In this document: positions 29,847-40,200 of the stretch, piece by piece
Layout of the letters: every line of letters starts with the position of its first letter
How positions within the stretch are numbered: the first letter of the stretch is position 1
NCBI GenBank assembly: GCA_964630205.1
Contig: CAZVTM010000001.1
Span: forward strand, 27,069-91,068
DNA from: an uncultured Helicobacter sp.
GTDB taxonomy: Bacteria; Campylobacterota; Campylobacteria; Campylobacterales; UBA6016
Direction: 5' to 3'
DNA length: 64,000 bases
The notes under the pieces: model-generated
What the model was told of the DNA's origin: nothing
The model's database searches: none
What the model saw: only the letters and a program-made list of their open reading frames with translations
Program-made: the position numbers and the translations under genes

Positions 29847-30758
29847 ATGCTTAAAGATTTTTCCAAAGTATTAACTTTTTTAACGGTTGTAAGAGAGCGT
29901 AGCTTTTCTAGAGCTAGTGCCAAGATGGGAATCTCTCAACCCGCCGTAACTCAACAGATAAAATTTATAGAAGAATATATGCAAACCAAACTTCTTGACA
30001 GAAAGAAAAATGGAATAATACTTACAAAAGAGGGTGAAGAGCTCTATAGAATAGCCCAAAAACTAGAAAAATGTATACAAAATACAGAAAAAGAGATAGT
30101 TAAAATAATCAACAGAGAACTTAACTTTATCATTTCTGCATCGTACACTATAGGTAGTTATATACTTCCAAATTATATAAGTAATATTAAAGAGTCAATA
30201 GCAAACGAGGTTTTTATTAATATTAAAAAATCAAATGAAGCAATAGACGACCTAATTTCCGAGAGAGCGGATATAGCGCTTATCGAGAGCCCAAATTTTA
30301 AAGAGGGTGTTATATACAGAGAGTGGATGGAAGATGAGCTTGTATTTTTTAGCAATACCCCGCTTCCAAAGTATATTAAGCCTTCGGATTTAAAAAAATA
30401 TGCATGGGTTTGTAGAGAGGAAAACTCCCATACCAGAAGAATAATGGCTGAGATATTCGGCGAATTGGCTCTTGCTTGCTCAGAAGACTTTGAGATGAGA
30501 TCGGTTCTTAGCGACTCAACCGCAGTTAAACAAACAATTCTCAAATATCCGACCGATGCAAAAAAACCTGTAATCGCCGTAATGTCAAGATTTGTAATAG
30601 CTGACGAAATAGAGAGAGGTGTATTGTTTGAAGCTAGACTTAAAGCTAAAAAGATAAAAAGAAAGCTTTATATAGCCTATCTAAAACAAGACAAGCACAA
30701 CGCTTTTGTAGAAAATGTGGTCAAATATCTCCAAAGCCTTAAGCTAGCCAATAGCTGA
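29847..30758 (+). CDS. LysR family transcriptional regulator
   Basis: 303 aa with an N-terminal wHTH (F..V.ERSFSRAS..MGISQPAVTQQIK.IE) and a LysR substrate-binding-type C-domain. AT-rich by eye. Confidence 0.85.
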   Translation: MLKDFSKVLTFLTVVRERSFSRASAKMGISQPAVTQQIKFIEEYMQTKLLDRKKNGIILTKEGEELYRIAQKLEKCIQNTEKEIVKIINRELNFIISASYTIGSYILPNYISNIKESIANEVFINIKKSNEAIDDLISERADIALIESPNFKEGVIYREWMEDELVFFSNTPLPKYIKPSDLKKYAWVCREENSHTRRIMAEIFGELALACSEDFEMRSVLSDSTAVKQTILKYPTDAKKPVIAVMSRFVIADEIERGVLFEARLKAKKIKRKLYIAYLKQDKHNAFVENVVKYLQSLKLANS

Positions 30759-31229
30759 TTATTTTAGAAATTTTTTATTCTCAGGCCTGCTTAAAAGTTT
30801 TTCCATCGATCTTTTTGTGCTAGGCGCCTCTTTTGGCTCCTGTGCGGGCCTCTTTTTTGTTTTTTGTTTTCCTGCGCACACATTGATAAATACCGGGGTG
30901 TCCTCTACTACTATCTGAATAATATTTGCTATATCTATTCCAACCAAAGAAGCGTAGTTGTCCGGCCCAAAGCCTGCTTCAAAAAACAAGATCGATGCGT
31001 CATCGGATAGATATGCGCTTTCGAACGAGTAATTTGATAGGACAAAAAGAGCTATCGGTTTGATGTTTTTGCGTATATCGTCCGGAAGCGGCGGCTCAAA
31101 CACTACCTCTTCGGTGCTGCATATTACGCCAAATTCAACGCCGCCGTCAAGCATAAAAGAGAGAATATCACGCGTATTCTCATACATTTTTTCGCAAAAT
31201 CCACTGTTATTAATTAGTTTTTCTAGCAT
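30759..31229 (-). CDS. hypothetical protein, possibly SspB-like ClpXP adaptor
   Basis: 156 aa. FFEAGFGPDNYASLVGIDIANIIQIVVED resembles the SspB F.ARFGG....V.VP..AVLAIY block. It is followed by a basic disordered tail ending ..KKFLK. Confidence 0.3.
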   Translation of the reverse strand: MLEKLINNSGFCEKMYENTRDILSFMLDGGVEFGVICSTEEVVFEPPLPDDIRKNIKPIALFVLSNYSFESAYLSDDASILFFEAGFGPDNYASLVGIDIANIIQIVVEDTPVFINVCAGKQKTKKRPAQEPKEAPSTKRSMEKLLSRPENKKFLK

Positions 31230-31274
31230 TTTATTTCCGCATTAAGTGACTTTTGTCGATTTTAACAAAAAAAC

Positions 31275-31898
31275 TTAAAAACCGAGTAGCATAACGGAAT
31301 ATAGAGCCTCTATTTCACCATTGTCCATACTGATTGTATTACCGCTTTCAAAAAAATCGTCGATTTTTTGCTTGTTAAATCCAGGTTGAAATACGCATTT
31401 TTCATGCGACGGCAAGAGCCCTCTCGTTAACGCAACGTTTTCATTTTCTTTTATCTTCTGCGAACAGAAAAAACATTCAGACGGCTCATGTAGCCGCCCC
31501 TCATTTTTTAGCATACTGACATATGCCTCAATTAGCGTACGTTTCGCAGAGCTTTTGTCGAGCTTGTCGGCTGCGCTTTCCAAAAGTTCAAAATAAAGGC
31601 CGCCATGTTCATTGACTTCTTTTAGGTGTTCGCCGAGAAGTTGGCAAAATGTTTGCCATGCGAGTAGTTTGTTTCTATCTCTTAGCCATCCGTAGCCGAG
31701 GTGGGTAACGTCTCTTAGCCTTAGTAATTGACGGTTTTGTATCGTTTCGGCGGCAAAGTCTATTTTGTAGCCTAGATTTATAGATGAGTGTCTTGCGCCG
31801 TAAAATCTATAAAGAGTTTTTATCTTGCTTTGCGTAATTACCGTGACTAGCAAATCCTCTTCTTTGACTTTTCTGACCCCTAGTACAAACCCTTGCAA
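31275..31898 (-). CDS. recO: DNA repair protein RecO
   Basis: (M)QGFVLGVRKVKEEDLLVTV...YRFYGARHS plus a C-terminal CxxC..C region. TTG at 31898, preceded by GGAG, is preferred over the GTG at 31961 listed in the ORF track. Confidence 0.8.
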   Translation of the reverse strand: MQGFVLGVRKVKEEDLLVTVITQSKIKTLYRFYGARHSSINLGYKIDFAAETIQNRQLLRLRDVTHLGYGWLRDRNKLLAWQTFCQLLGEHLKEVNEHGGLYFELLESAADKLDKSSAKRTLIEAYVSMLKNEGRLHEPSECFFCSQKIKENENVALTRGLLPSHEKCVFQPGFNKQKIDDFFESGNTISMDNGEIEALYSVMLLGF

Positions 31899-32014
31899 TA
31901 TATCTCCGCACCGATTAAGCTGATTTATTAGTATTTTACTCGTTTTTTTGTAAGATTTCACATTTGATTTTTCCGAGAATTTTACTTGGAAACTAGATCT
32001 TCAAGGAACCATAG

Positions 32015-35000
32015 ATGGATTTGCTCTCTTCATTCAAGGACAACTGCGGCTTTGGCGTACTGGCCAGCATAAAAAATATCCCAGACCATAAAATAGTAGA
32101 AGACTCTATAAAAGCTCTTGAGCGTATGATGCATAGAGGGGCCATTGCGGCCGACGGCAAAAGCGGCGACGGTAGCGGACTTTTATTTGCCATGCCAAAA
32201 GAGTTTATGGTGTATGCGGCAAAAAACGCCGGATACGACCTTCCGGAGCAGTTTGCCGTAGCGCAAGTATTTTTTACCGATGATACGCAAAAAGATATAT
32301 TTAAAGCAAAGTGTGAAACGAACGACCTTAGCGTTCTTTTTTATAGGAAAGTTCCAATTAATACCGATGCTTTAGGTAAACAGGCGCTTGAGACGTTGCC
32401 GAATATTGAACAGGTATTTGTCGTGCCAAACTCTCTTATGTCGGCAAAAAGATTTGATGCACTTTTGTATCTAACAAGAAAAGAGATAGAGCATACAATA
32501 GATAATGAAGATTTTTACATCTGTTCTTTCTCAAGCAAGGTTATAAGCTATAAGGGTCTTGTAATGCCTACCCATATAAGCGAGTTTTTCAAAGACCTTA
32601 CAAACAAAAAATTCAAAGCCTCGTTTGCCCTTTTTCATCAGAGATTTTCTACGAATACGCTACCAAAATGGAGGCTTGCGCAACCTTTTAGAATGCTTGC
32701 GCACAATGGTGAGATAAACTCCATAGAGGCAAACAGATACAACGTTGTAGCAAAGAGCGAATCACTAAAAAGCGAAGTGTTTAGTGATGAAGAGATAAAA
32801 AAAATACTACCGATACTTCAAGAAGGTAGCTCAGACTCGGCAAGCCTCGATAACTTCTTTGAATTCTTGACCGTTAATGGGTTTGATTTTTTCAAGGCTG
32901 CAAGAGCTCTTATACCTGCTCCTTGGCAAAATGCTCCGCACCTTGATGCAGGACTTAGAAGTTTCTATGAGTATAGCTCTACCTGCTTTGAAGCGTGGGA
33001 TGGTCCTGCTGCAGTCACTTTGACGGACGGCAGATATATAGGATGTGTGCTTGATAGAAACGGTCTTAGACCTGCAAAATACATCATCACGAAAGATGCA
33101 AAAATCATCATAGCTAGCGAATACGGCGTACTTGATGTAGATGAAAGCCAAATAGTAGAGAGGGGTAGACTCCAAAGCGGTCAGATGATAGGCGTTGACC
33201 TCAAATTTGGTAAAGTCCTCAAAAACGACGACATCAACGAGTATCTTAAAAACTCAAAGCCTTACGCAAAATGGCTAAATAGACACATGATACATATGCA
33301 AGAGTTCCTCGATTCTTCAAATGAGAGCGTAGACTATGCGTGTGAAAATCTAGTCGAAAAACAGCTTTATTTCGGTTATAACTATGAGTTGATTGACATG
33401 GTAGTCAAACCGATGATGGAAGAAGGCAAGGAAAATACCGGCTCTATGGGTGACGATACCCCTCTTGCGGCATTTAGCAAAGAGGCTAGACCTTTAGCCG
33501 ATTATTTCAAACAAAAATTCGCACAAGTAACCAATCCTCCTATCGACCCGATAAGAGAAAAAGTTGTTATGAGCCTTAACACTGGTTTTGGCGAGATACA
33601 TAATATCCTTAGTGAGTCAGAAGAGAACGCAAAAAGAATCAAGACATTCTCTCCACTGCTAAGCCGCGATAAACTAGGCGTACTTTTAAGCTTCGGGGAT
33701 GATAAAAACCCTAGATACGAAGCGTGCTATAAAAACAAAACATTCTATACCGTATATGAAAATAATTTAGAGACAGAGCTCGATGCTTTAGCTAAAGACG
33801 TAGCAAAAGTGGTCAGAGAAGATAAAATCAGAATAGTTATCCTAGATGATAGAGGGATAAGCGAGAACAAAAAAGCGATACCTATGGCTATGGCCGTCGG
33901 ACGCTTAAATTCAGTACTTCTAGAAGAGGGTGTAAGGCATTTGGTATCTGTCGTGTGTATTACGGCCGAAGTGTATGATTCTCATACCGCTGCCGTACTT
34001 GTGGCATACGGCGCAAGCGCTATATATCCATATCTTATGTATGCAACCGTATATGATATATGTAAGGCGAAAGAATTTAGCGACTACAAAACGAGAAAAT
34101 CGCTCAAAAACGTACATCATGCGATAGATTTGGGCTTCCAAAAAATCTTATCGAAAATGGGTATCTCTACTATCGCATCTTATAGAAACTCTGGATTATT
34201 CGATGTGCTTGGTTTGTCAAAAAATATAGTCGACAAATGTTTTGCGGTCTCTTATTCACCTATCGGCGGTCTTGATTTTGCTGATATAGCAGCAAAAATA
34301 GAGGCAAAACATGCGGCAGTATATAAGAAAAATGCAGCCAAAAAGATATTCCCTCTTGAAATAGGCGGCTTCTATAAATTTAGCCTTGCAAGCGAGTATC
34401 ACGACTATTCTCCGTCTGTTGTGTACGCTATGCAAAAAATGGTTGAAACCGGCGACAAAAAAGATTATGAGCACTACAAAGCGCTAATTAACGGCAGAAA
34501 CCAAAAGATGATTAGGGACTTCCTTGCCATCTCTAGCGACAAAAAAGCGATAGATGTTAAAGAAGTTGAGCCAAAAGAGGCGATATTCAAAAGATTTGCG
34601 ACTGCAGCGATGAGTCTTGGCTCAATAAGCCCTGAAGCTCATGAGGCTATGGCTGAGGCAATGAATAGAATCGGTGGTATGTCAAACTCTGGCGAGGGCG
34701 GCGAATCTCCTGAGAGACTAAAATCATCCAAAAACTCCAAAATCAAGCAAGTTGCATCGGGAAGATTTGGCGTAACCCCTGCATACCTAAGAAGCGCAAC
34801 TGAAATCCAAATCAAGCTAGCACAAGGGGCAAAACCTGGCGAAGGCGGACAACTACCTGGTCACAAAGTAACACCTCTTATCGCAAAACTGAGATTTACA
34901 GTTCCTGGCGTGACGCTCATTTCACCTCCTCCTCATCATGATATTTACTCTATCGAGGATTTGGCGCAGCTGATTTTTGACCTAAAACAGGTAAATCCAA

Positions 35001-36430
35001 AAGCAAAAATATCGGTTAAGCTGGTGTCTACCGTCGGTGTCGGTACTATCGCCGCAGGTGTGGCAAAAGCATATGCGGACAAGATAATCATCTCGGGTGG
35101 AGACGGCGGTACGGGTGCAGCCCCTCTAACATCTATCAAATTTGCGGGTAACCCTTGGGAGATAGGTCTTGTTGAAGCGCACAATGCCCTTAAGGTAAAT
35201 CATTTAAGAGAGTTTGTAAGTCTGGAGACGGACGGTGGTCTAAAAACCGGTCTTGATATAGTAAAAGCGGCAATGATGGGTGCCGAGTCTTATGCGTTTG
35301 GTACTTCGTCTCTTGCGATACTTGGATGTAAGATACTAAGAGTTTGCCACCTCAATAGATGTACGGAAGGTATAGCGACACAAGAAAAAGAGCTAAGAGA
35401 AAACTTCAGAGGGACAGCGGACAAGATAGTACAGTTCTTTGAATTTTTGGCGGAAGATATCAGAGAGATACTTGCGTCCATGGGTTATAGAAGCCTTGAC
35501 GAACTAATAGGCAGAAGCGACCTGCTCAAAGTAATAGATGGTGAATTTGCCGCTAAATTTGACTTTAGTAGAATACTTCAAAAAGTAGACGGCTTCGATA
35601 AATGCCAGAGAGAATCAAACGCACCTTTTGACGACAATGAGTTTGAAAAAGAGGTACTAGAAGAGATAAGACCGGCAATTAAAAACCCTGAAAACAAAAT
35701 AATAGTCGACAGAGAGATAACAAACCTAAACAGAAGCTTTGGCGCCTTGCTTAGCGGTGAGATAGCCGAATATTACGGCGACAAAGGCTTGGCCGAGGGC
35801 ACGGTATCGCTAAGGCTTCATGGTATAGCCGGTCAATCGCTAGGCGCATTCCTCAACAACGGATTATCTATATACCTTGACGGTTATGCAAATGACTATG
35901 TGTGCAAAGGTATGCACGGCGGCAAAGTAGTCATCACTCCAAAACTAGCAGGCGAAGAGTATGCCGCGGCCGGAAATACTTGCCTATACGGCGCAACCGG
36001 TGGCGAACTGTATGTTGCCGGAAGCGTAGGCGAGAGATTTGGCGTTAGAAACTCCGGCGCTCTTGCGGTAATAGAGGGAAGCGGCGACCACGCTTGCGAA
36101 TATATGACGAGAGGCGTTGTGGTAATCCTCGGTAAGACGGGTATAAACTTCGGTGCTGGTATGACGGGCGGTATAGCGTTTGTGTACGACAAAGAAAAAG
36201 AGTTTATCGACAAACTAAACGGAGAGCTTGTATTTGCTCAAAGGATAGATACGGATGATAGCGACGAAGTGAGACAGTACCTCAAAAGAGTGCTCAAAAA
36301 ACACTATACGGAAACGAAAAGCGAGAAAGCGCTAAATATCCTAAACGACTTTAGACAAGAGGTAAGGTATTTCTGGCTTGTTATGCCAAAAGATATGAAA
36401 TCTCCTTTGAATCCTGAGGAAGGTAACTAA
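32015..36430 (+). CDS. gltB: glutamate synthase large subunit
   Basis: 1471 aa with an N-terminal Cys nucleophile (NCGFG), FMN/3Fe-4S central domains and a GXGXG beta-helix C-domain. Confidence 0.97.
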   Translation: MDLLSSFKDNCGFGVLASIKNIPDHKIVEDSIKALERMMHRGAIAADGKSGDGSGLLFAMPKEFMVYAAKNAGYDLPEQFAVAQVFFTDDTQKDIFKAKCETNDLSVLFYRKVPINTDALGKQALETLPNIEQVFVVPNSLMSAKRFDALLYLTRKEIEHTIDNEDFYICSFSSKVISYKGLVMPTHISEFFKDLTNKKFKASFALFHQRFSTNTLPKWRLAQPFRMLAHNGEINSIEANRYNVVAKSESLKSEVFSDEEIKKILPILQEGSSDSASLDNFFEFLTVNGFDFFKAARALIPAPWQNAPHLDAGLRSFYEYSSTCFEAWDGPAAVTLTDGRYIGCVLDRNGLRPAKYIITKDAKIIIASEYGVLDVDESQIVERGRLQSGQMIGVDLKFGKVLKNDDINEYLKNSKPYAKWLNRHMIHMQEFLDSSNESVDYACENLVEKQLYFGYNYELIDMVVKPMMEEGKENTGSMGDDTPLAAFSKEARPLADYFKQKFAQVTNPPIDPIREKVVMSLNTGFGEIHNILSESEENAKRIKTFSPLLSRDKLGVLLSFGDDKNPRYEACYKNKTFYTVYENNLETELDALAKDVAKVVREDKIRIVILDDRGISENKKAIPMAMAVGRLNSVLLEEGVRHLVSVVCITAEVYDSHTAAVLVAYGASAIYPYLMYATVYDICKAKEFSDYKTRKSLKNVHHAIDLGFQKILSKMGISTIASYRNSGLFDVLGLSKNIVDKCFAVSYSPIGGLDFADIAAKIEAKHAAVYKKNAAKKIFPLEIGGFYKFSLASEYHDYSPSVVYAMQKMVETGDKKDYEHYKALINGRNQKMIRDFLAISSDKKAIDVKEVEPKEAIFKRFATAAMSLGSISPEAHEAMAEAMNRIGGMSNSGEGGESPERLKSSKNSKIKQVASGRFGVTPAYLRSATEIQIKLAQGAKPGEGGQLPGHKVTPLIAKLRFTVPGVTLISPPPHHDIYSIEDLAQLIFDLKQVNPKAKISVKLVSTVGVGTIAAGVAKAYADKIIISGGDGGTGAAPLTSIKFAGNPWEIGLVEAHNALKVNHLREFVSLETDGGLKTGLDIVKAAMMGAESYAFGTSSLAILGCKILRVCHLNRCTEGIATQEKELRENFRGTADKIVQFFEFLAEDIREILASMGYRSLDELIGRSDLLKVIDGEFAAKFDFSRILQKVDGFDKCQRESNAPFDDNEFEKEVLEEIRPAIKNPENKIIVDREITNLNRSFGALLSGEIAEYYGDKGLAEGTVSLRLHGIAGQSLGAFLNNGLSIYLDGYANDYVCKGMHGGKVVITPKLAGEEYAAAGNTCLYGATGGELYVAGSVGERFGVRNSGALAVIEGSGDHACEYMTRGVVVILGKTGINFGAGMTGGIAFVYDKEKEFIDKLNGELVFAQRIDTDDSDEVRQYLKRVLKKHYTETKSEKALNILNDFRQEVRYFWLVMPKDMKSPLNPEEGN

Positions 36431-36434
36431 TAAT

Positions 36435-37805
36435 ATGCAAAGTTTTTTGAAAAATAAAAGAGTAGAACCGGCAAAAAAGAACGTTCTTGAAAGACTTAAA
36501 AATTTTAACGAAATTTATGAGAGATATGACACCCCATCTGCGAAAACACAGTCAGATAGATGCGTACAGTGCGGTATTCCGTATTGCCACAACGGCTGCC
36601 CGCTAGATAACTATATTCCGCAATGGCTCAAGCTTGTTGCCGGAAGTGATTTGAAGCTGGCGTTTAAGATGAGCAACGAATCCTCACCTTTTCCTGAAAT
36701 CATGGGTAGGGTATGTCCTCAAGATAGACTTTGCGAAGGCTCGTGCACCCTAAACAAAGACTTTGGGGCAATCACGATAGGCTCGATAGAGACATTTATC
36801 ACCGAAGAGGGATTCAAAAACGGTCTAAGTCTTGAGTTTCCCGGAATTACTACCAATAAAAAAGTAGCCGTTATAGGGGCTGGTCCTGCCGGACTATCGG
36901 CCGCGACTTTCCTTCTTAGGCGAGGTATTGCGGTAGACGTATACGAGAAAGAAGCTTTTGCCGGCGGCCTTTTGTCGTGGGGTATACCAAGTTTCAAACT
37001 CGATAAAGCGGCTGTGTTTAGAAGGGTTGAGATATTAAAAAGCGCTGGAATGAATTTGTTTACCAATAAAGAGGTGGGCAGAGATATCAGCTTTGACGAA
37101 CTTAGAAGCAAGTATGATGCGGTATTTTTGGGTATAGGTGCAAAGAGAGGTAACAAAGCAGGTATAGGCGGCGAAGATTTACTCGGCGTTTATCAAGCGA
37201 TGGATTTTCTAGGAAGCGCTCAGAAAAAAGAGCTTGAACTTCCGCATATTAAAGATGTAAGCGTAAAAGACAAAAAAGTCGTTGTAATTGGCGGCGGGGA
37301 TACGGCTATGGACTGTATCAGAACGGCTCTTAGAGAGGGGGCAAAGTCTGCTCTTTGCGTTTACAGAAGGGGCGAAGACGGCATGCCTGGAAGCAAAAAA
37401 GAGTACAAAAACGCCATCGAAGAGGGTGCGGAATTTAAATTTTTTGCGGCACCAAAAGAGGTTGTCGGTAACGGTTCTGTGAGCGGCATAAAAGTTGTTA
37501 AGATGGAAGTGGTCAAAGACGGCGGTAGAGGCAAGCTAACTGAAGTTGCAAACTCGGAAGAGACGATAGAGGCGGATATCGTAGTAATGGCTCTCGGTTT
37601 TTCAATGGATGTTCCTGCGTTTATCCCGTCTGCTGGAATCAAAACGGATGAGAGGGGTCAGATACTCGTAAACGAAAGCTATGAAACAAGCCTTGTCGGT
37701 GTTTATGCCGGCGGCGACTGTTGCCGTGGTGCAAATCTAGTGGTGAACGCCGCATTGGACGGCAGGCAGGCGGCAGCGGCTATCGGGGACAAGCTTTTAG
37801 GTTAG
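36435..37805 (+). CDS. gltD: glutamate synthase small subunit
   Basis: 456 aa with Cys clusters (CVQCG.PYC...CP) and two Rossmann motifs (VAVIGAGPAGL, VVVIGGGDTAMD). Confidence 0.95.
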   Translation: MQSFLKNKRVEPAKKNVLERLKNFNEIYERYDTPSAKTQSDRCVQCGIPYCHNGCPLDNYIPQWLKLVAGSDLKLAFKMSNESSPFPEIMGRVCPQDRLCEGSCTLNKDFGAITIGSIETFITEEGFKNGLSLEFPGITTNKKVAVIGAGPAGLSAATFLLRRGIAVDVYEKEAFAGGLLSWGIPSFKLDKAAVFRRVEILKSAGMNLFTNKEVGRDISFDELRSKYDAVFLGIGAKRGNKAGIGGEDLLGVYQAMDFLGSAQKKELELPHIKDVSVKDKKVVVIGGGDTAMDCIRTALREGAKSALCVYRRGEDGMPGSKKEYKNAIEEGAEFKFFAAPKEVVGNGSVSGIKVVKMEVVKDGGRGKLTEVANSEETIEADIVVMALGFSMDVPAFIPSAGIKTDERGQILVNESYETSLVGVYAGGDCCRGANLVVNAALDGRQAAAAIGDKLLG

Positions 37806-37809
37806 TCGT

Positions 37810-38541
37810 TTGAATTTTTTTGCCGCTTGCGAGAGGTCATCAAAAGAGTTTTTGCAAGAGGTATGTAAATACAGCCATAACGCCTTAACGGAGCGCTTTG
37901 AAGTTGGCGAGGGCGGCGATAGAAGCATAAAGGCCGATCTGCTAGCCGAAGAGATTTTCGTCAAAAATTTAGCCTCTTTTGGCCGTATATATTCCGAAGA
38001 GAGTGGATATATCGGCGAAGGCGAGTATACAATATACCTAGATCCGCTTGACGGTAGCGACAATTTTGCCTCCGGCATACCGTATTACGGTGTAAGTGTG
38101 TGCCTTGATGATGGTGTGGGCAAAAAATCATTTATATGTAATTTAGCAAATGGAGATATCTTCTACAAAGATAACACTCAAGAGATACGGAAAAATATCT
38201 TTTTCAACGTTGTCCCTCAAGTACAAAAAAATCAAAGCAGGGTAGGAATTTTTGAAAAAGCTTATGCGAATCCGCAAATAGCAGAGGCTATTTTTGAAAG
38301 AAATATCAAATTCCGTTCGCCTGGTGCACTTGCGCTATCTCTTGTTTACTCAAGAGGGTGTTCATTTGCTCTTTACGTGGGTAAGTTAAGAGTTTTTGAT
38401 ATAATTGCTGCGCTCGATTTTTTGGACGGGCATTATATATACGAAAAAGATGACACACTTTTGGTGTCGCATGATAAAAAGATTTTTGAAGAAATTTTAG
38501 AAATAGTGACTTCAACACAAGGCAGACAAAGTGTTCTTTAG
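37810..38541 (+). CDS. inositol monophosphatase / FBPase superfamily protein
   Basis: 243 aa with a TTG start, an EE(S)G segment and the DPLDGSDNF metal-binding motif. Confidence 0.65.
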   Translation: MNFFAACERSSKEFLQEVCKYSHNALTERFEVGEGGDRSIKADLLAEEIFVKNLASFGRIYSEESGYIGEGEYTIYLDPLDGSDNFASGIPYYGVSVCLDDGVGKKSFICNLANGDIFYKDNTQEIRKNIFFNVVPQVQKNQSRVGIFEKAYANPQIAEAIFERNIKFRSPGALALSLVYSRGCSFALYVGKLRVFDIIAALDFLDGHYIYEKDDTLLVSHDKKIFEEILEIVTSTQGRQSVL

Positions 38542-39370
38542 CGAAATAGTAAGCAAAATAAGAAAAGAGAGACCTACAAAAAGCGAAGCTCCTTCTCATT
38601 GGATAAAGTGCGAGAGCTGCCAAGCATTAATGTACTTTAAAGAGATTGCCGCAAAAAGATATGTATGCCCTAAGTGCGGCTATCATATGAGGTTAAGCGT
38701 TGAAGATAGGATAGAGATACTTTGCGATGAAGGGAGCTTCATAGAAAAAGACCATGATTTAACGCCTGTGGATCCACTAAACTTCGTAGATAAAAAATCA
38801 TACAAAAAAAGGGTCGAAGAGGGTGTTAAAAAGACGGGCAGGGCGAGTTCTGCCGTCGGCGGGGAGTGTACGATAAACGGCATTCCCGCAGAAATTGTTA
38901 TATTTGACTTTGGTTTTATGGGCGGAAGCCTCGGTTCAGTAGAGGGCGAGAAGATAGTGAGGGCTGTCAATAGGGCGATAGCAAAAAAATGCGGTGTTGT
39001 TATTGTATCGGCATCCGGTGGAGCTAGAATGCAGGAGAGTACATATAGCCTTATGCAGATGGCAAAAACATCGGCTGCACTCTCCAAGCTATCAAAAGAG
39101 GGGCTTCCGTTTATCTCCATACTCACAGACCCAACGATGGGCGGTGTAAGCGCATCTTTTGCGATGCTGGGTGATATAATCATAGCCGAGCCGGGAGCGC
39201 TTATCGGTTTTGCCGGGCAAAGAGTTATCAAGCAAACCATTAACGCAGAGCTTCCGGAAGGATTTCAACGAAGCGAATTTCTACTTGAAAAAGGGCTTAT
39301 CGACATGGTCGTAAAAAGAGACGACCTCAAAAAAACCGTCGGGGATTTGCTACTTTACTTTAACAAATGA
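38531..39370 (+). CDS. accD: acetyl-CoA carboxylase carboxyltransferase beta subunit
   Basis: 279 aa with a Zn ribbon (C.SC......CPKCGYH) and FMGGS.G...GEK. Confidence 0.95.
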   Translation: MFFSEIVSKIRKERPTKSEAPSHWIKCESCQALMYFKEIAAKRYVCPKCGYHMRLSVEDRIEILCDEGSFIEKDHDLTPVDPLNFVDKKSYKKRVEEGVKKTGRASSAVGGECTINGIPAEIVIFDFGFMGGSLGSVEGEKIVRAVNRAIAKKCGVVIVSASGGARMQESTYSLMQMAKTSAALSKLSKEGLPFISILTDPTMGGVSASFAMLGDIIIAEPGALIGFAGQRVIKQTINAELPEGFQRSEFLLEKGLIDMVVKRDDLKKTVGDLLLYFNK

Positions 39371-39825
39371 GGGTTAGGATTTTTACTATCGAAAAAAGCG
39401 AGGATGGCGATATAAAGTCGATGCTAAAAGATTATCAAAAGATGTCTCAAAAATTTTGCTCTTTGGAGTTTGTAAAGCTTTTTGATAAGTCTCTTGCTGC
39501 CTCCCAAAAGCAAGGAGCAGAGGCGGCAAAAGAATCTTATGAAAAGGCTTATCTGCCGTATTTTGAAAATTCATACAATATTGCTCTTGATGAAGAGGGT
39601 AAAAATATAGACAGTATGGCTTTTAGCAAATTTTTCGACAAGCATTCGAATATCAATTTTTTTATAGGCGGAGCATACGGATTTAACGCCTCTTTCCTTA
39701 AAAAAGTTGATGCGGTGCTTAGCCTTAGTCCGCTTACCTTTTCTCACAAACTTGCTAAGCTAGTTCTTGCCGAGCAAGTATTTAGGGGCGTTGCAATCAA
39801 AAATAACCATCCATACCATAAATAA
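39367..39825 (+). CDS. rlmH: 23S rRNA (pseudouridine1915-N3)-methyltransferase
   Basis: 152 aa in the SPOUT family with F.IGGA.G, S.LTF.H and EQ.FR. Confidence 0.85.
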   Translation: MRVRIFTIEKSEDGDIKSMLKDYQKMSQKFCSLEFVKLFDKSLAASQKQGAEAAKESYEKAYLPYFENSYNIALDEEGKNIDSMAFSKFFDKHSNINFFIGGAYGFNASFLKKVDAVLSLSPLTFSHKLAKLVLAEQVFRGVAIKNNHPYHK

Positions 39826-39834
39826 GGGGTCCTT

Positions 39835-40200
39835 TTGAAAGCTAAAGATTTACAACTATTTGAACAACTATTAAACGATAGAAAAATTCAGCTGCAAAAA
39901 AATATAGCATCCTTTGCCGATGAACAAGCCGGAGCACAAAAAGACGACCTTAAAGACGAGGGAGATCTGGCATCTGCTAGTGGTGGCGCAGTAATATCTG
40001 ATGCAATAATAATGCAACAAAAAAAAGAACTTGAAGAAATAGAATACGCTTTTAAAAAAATAAAAGACGGCAGCTACGGCACGTGCGAAATGTGCGAAGA
40101 CCCCATCGGTATACCGCGCCTTAAAGCAAAACCTTTTGCAAGATATTGTATAGTGCGCAGAGAGATTGTCGAAAAAGAAAATAAAGCAAAAGGAAAATAG
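39835..40200 (+). CDS. dksA: DksA/TraR-family C4 zinc-finger protein
   Basis: 121 aa with a coiled coil and G.YG.CE.C...I...RL.A.P.A..C. Confidence 0.85.
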   Translation: MKAKDLQLFEQLLNDRKIQLQKNIASFADEQAGAQKDDLKDEGDLASASGGAVISDAIIMQQKKELEEIEYAFKKIKDGSYGTCEMCEDPIGIPRLKAKPFARYCIVRREIVEKENKAKGK

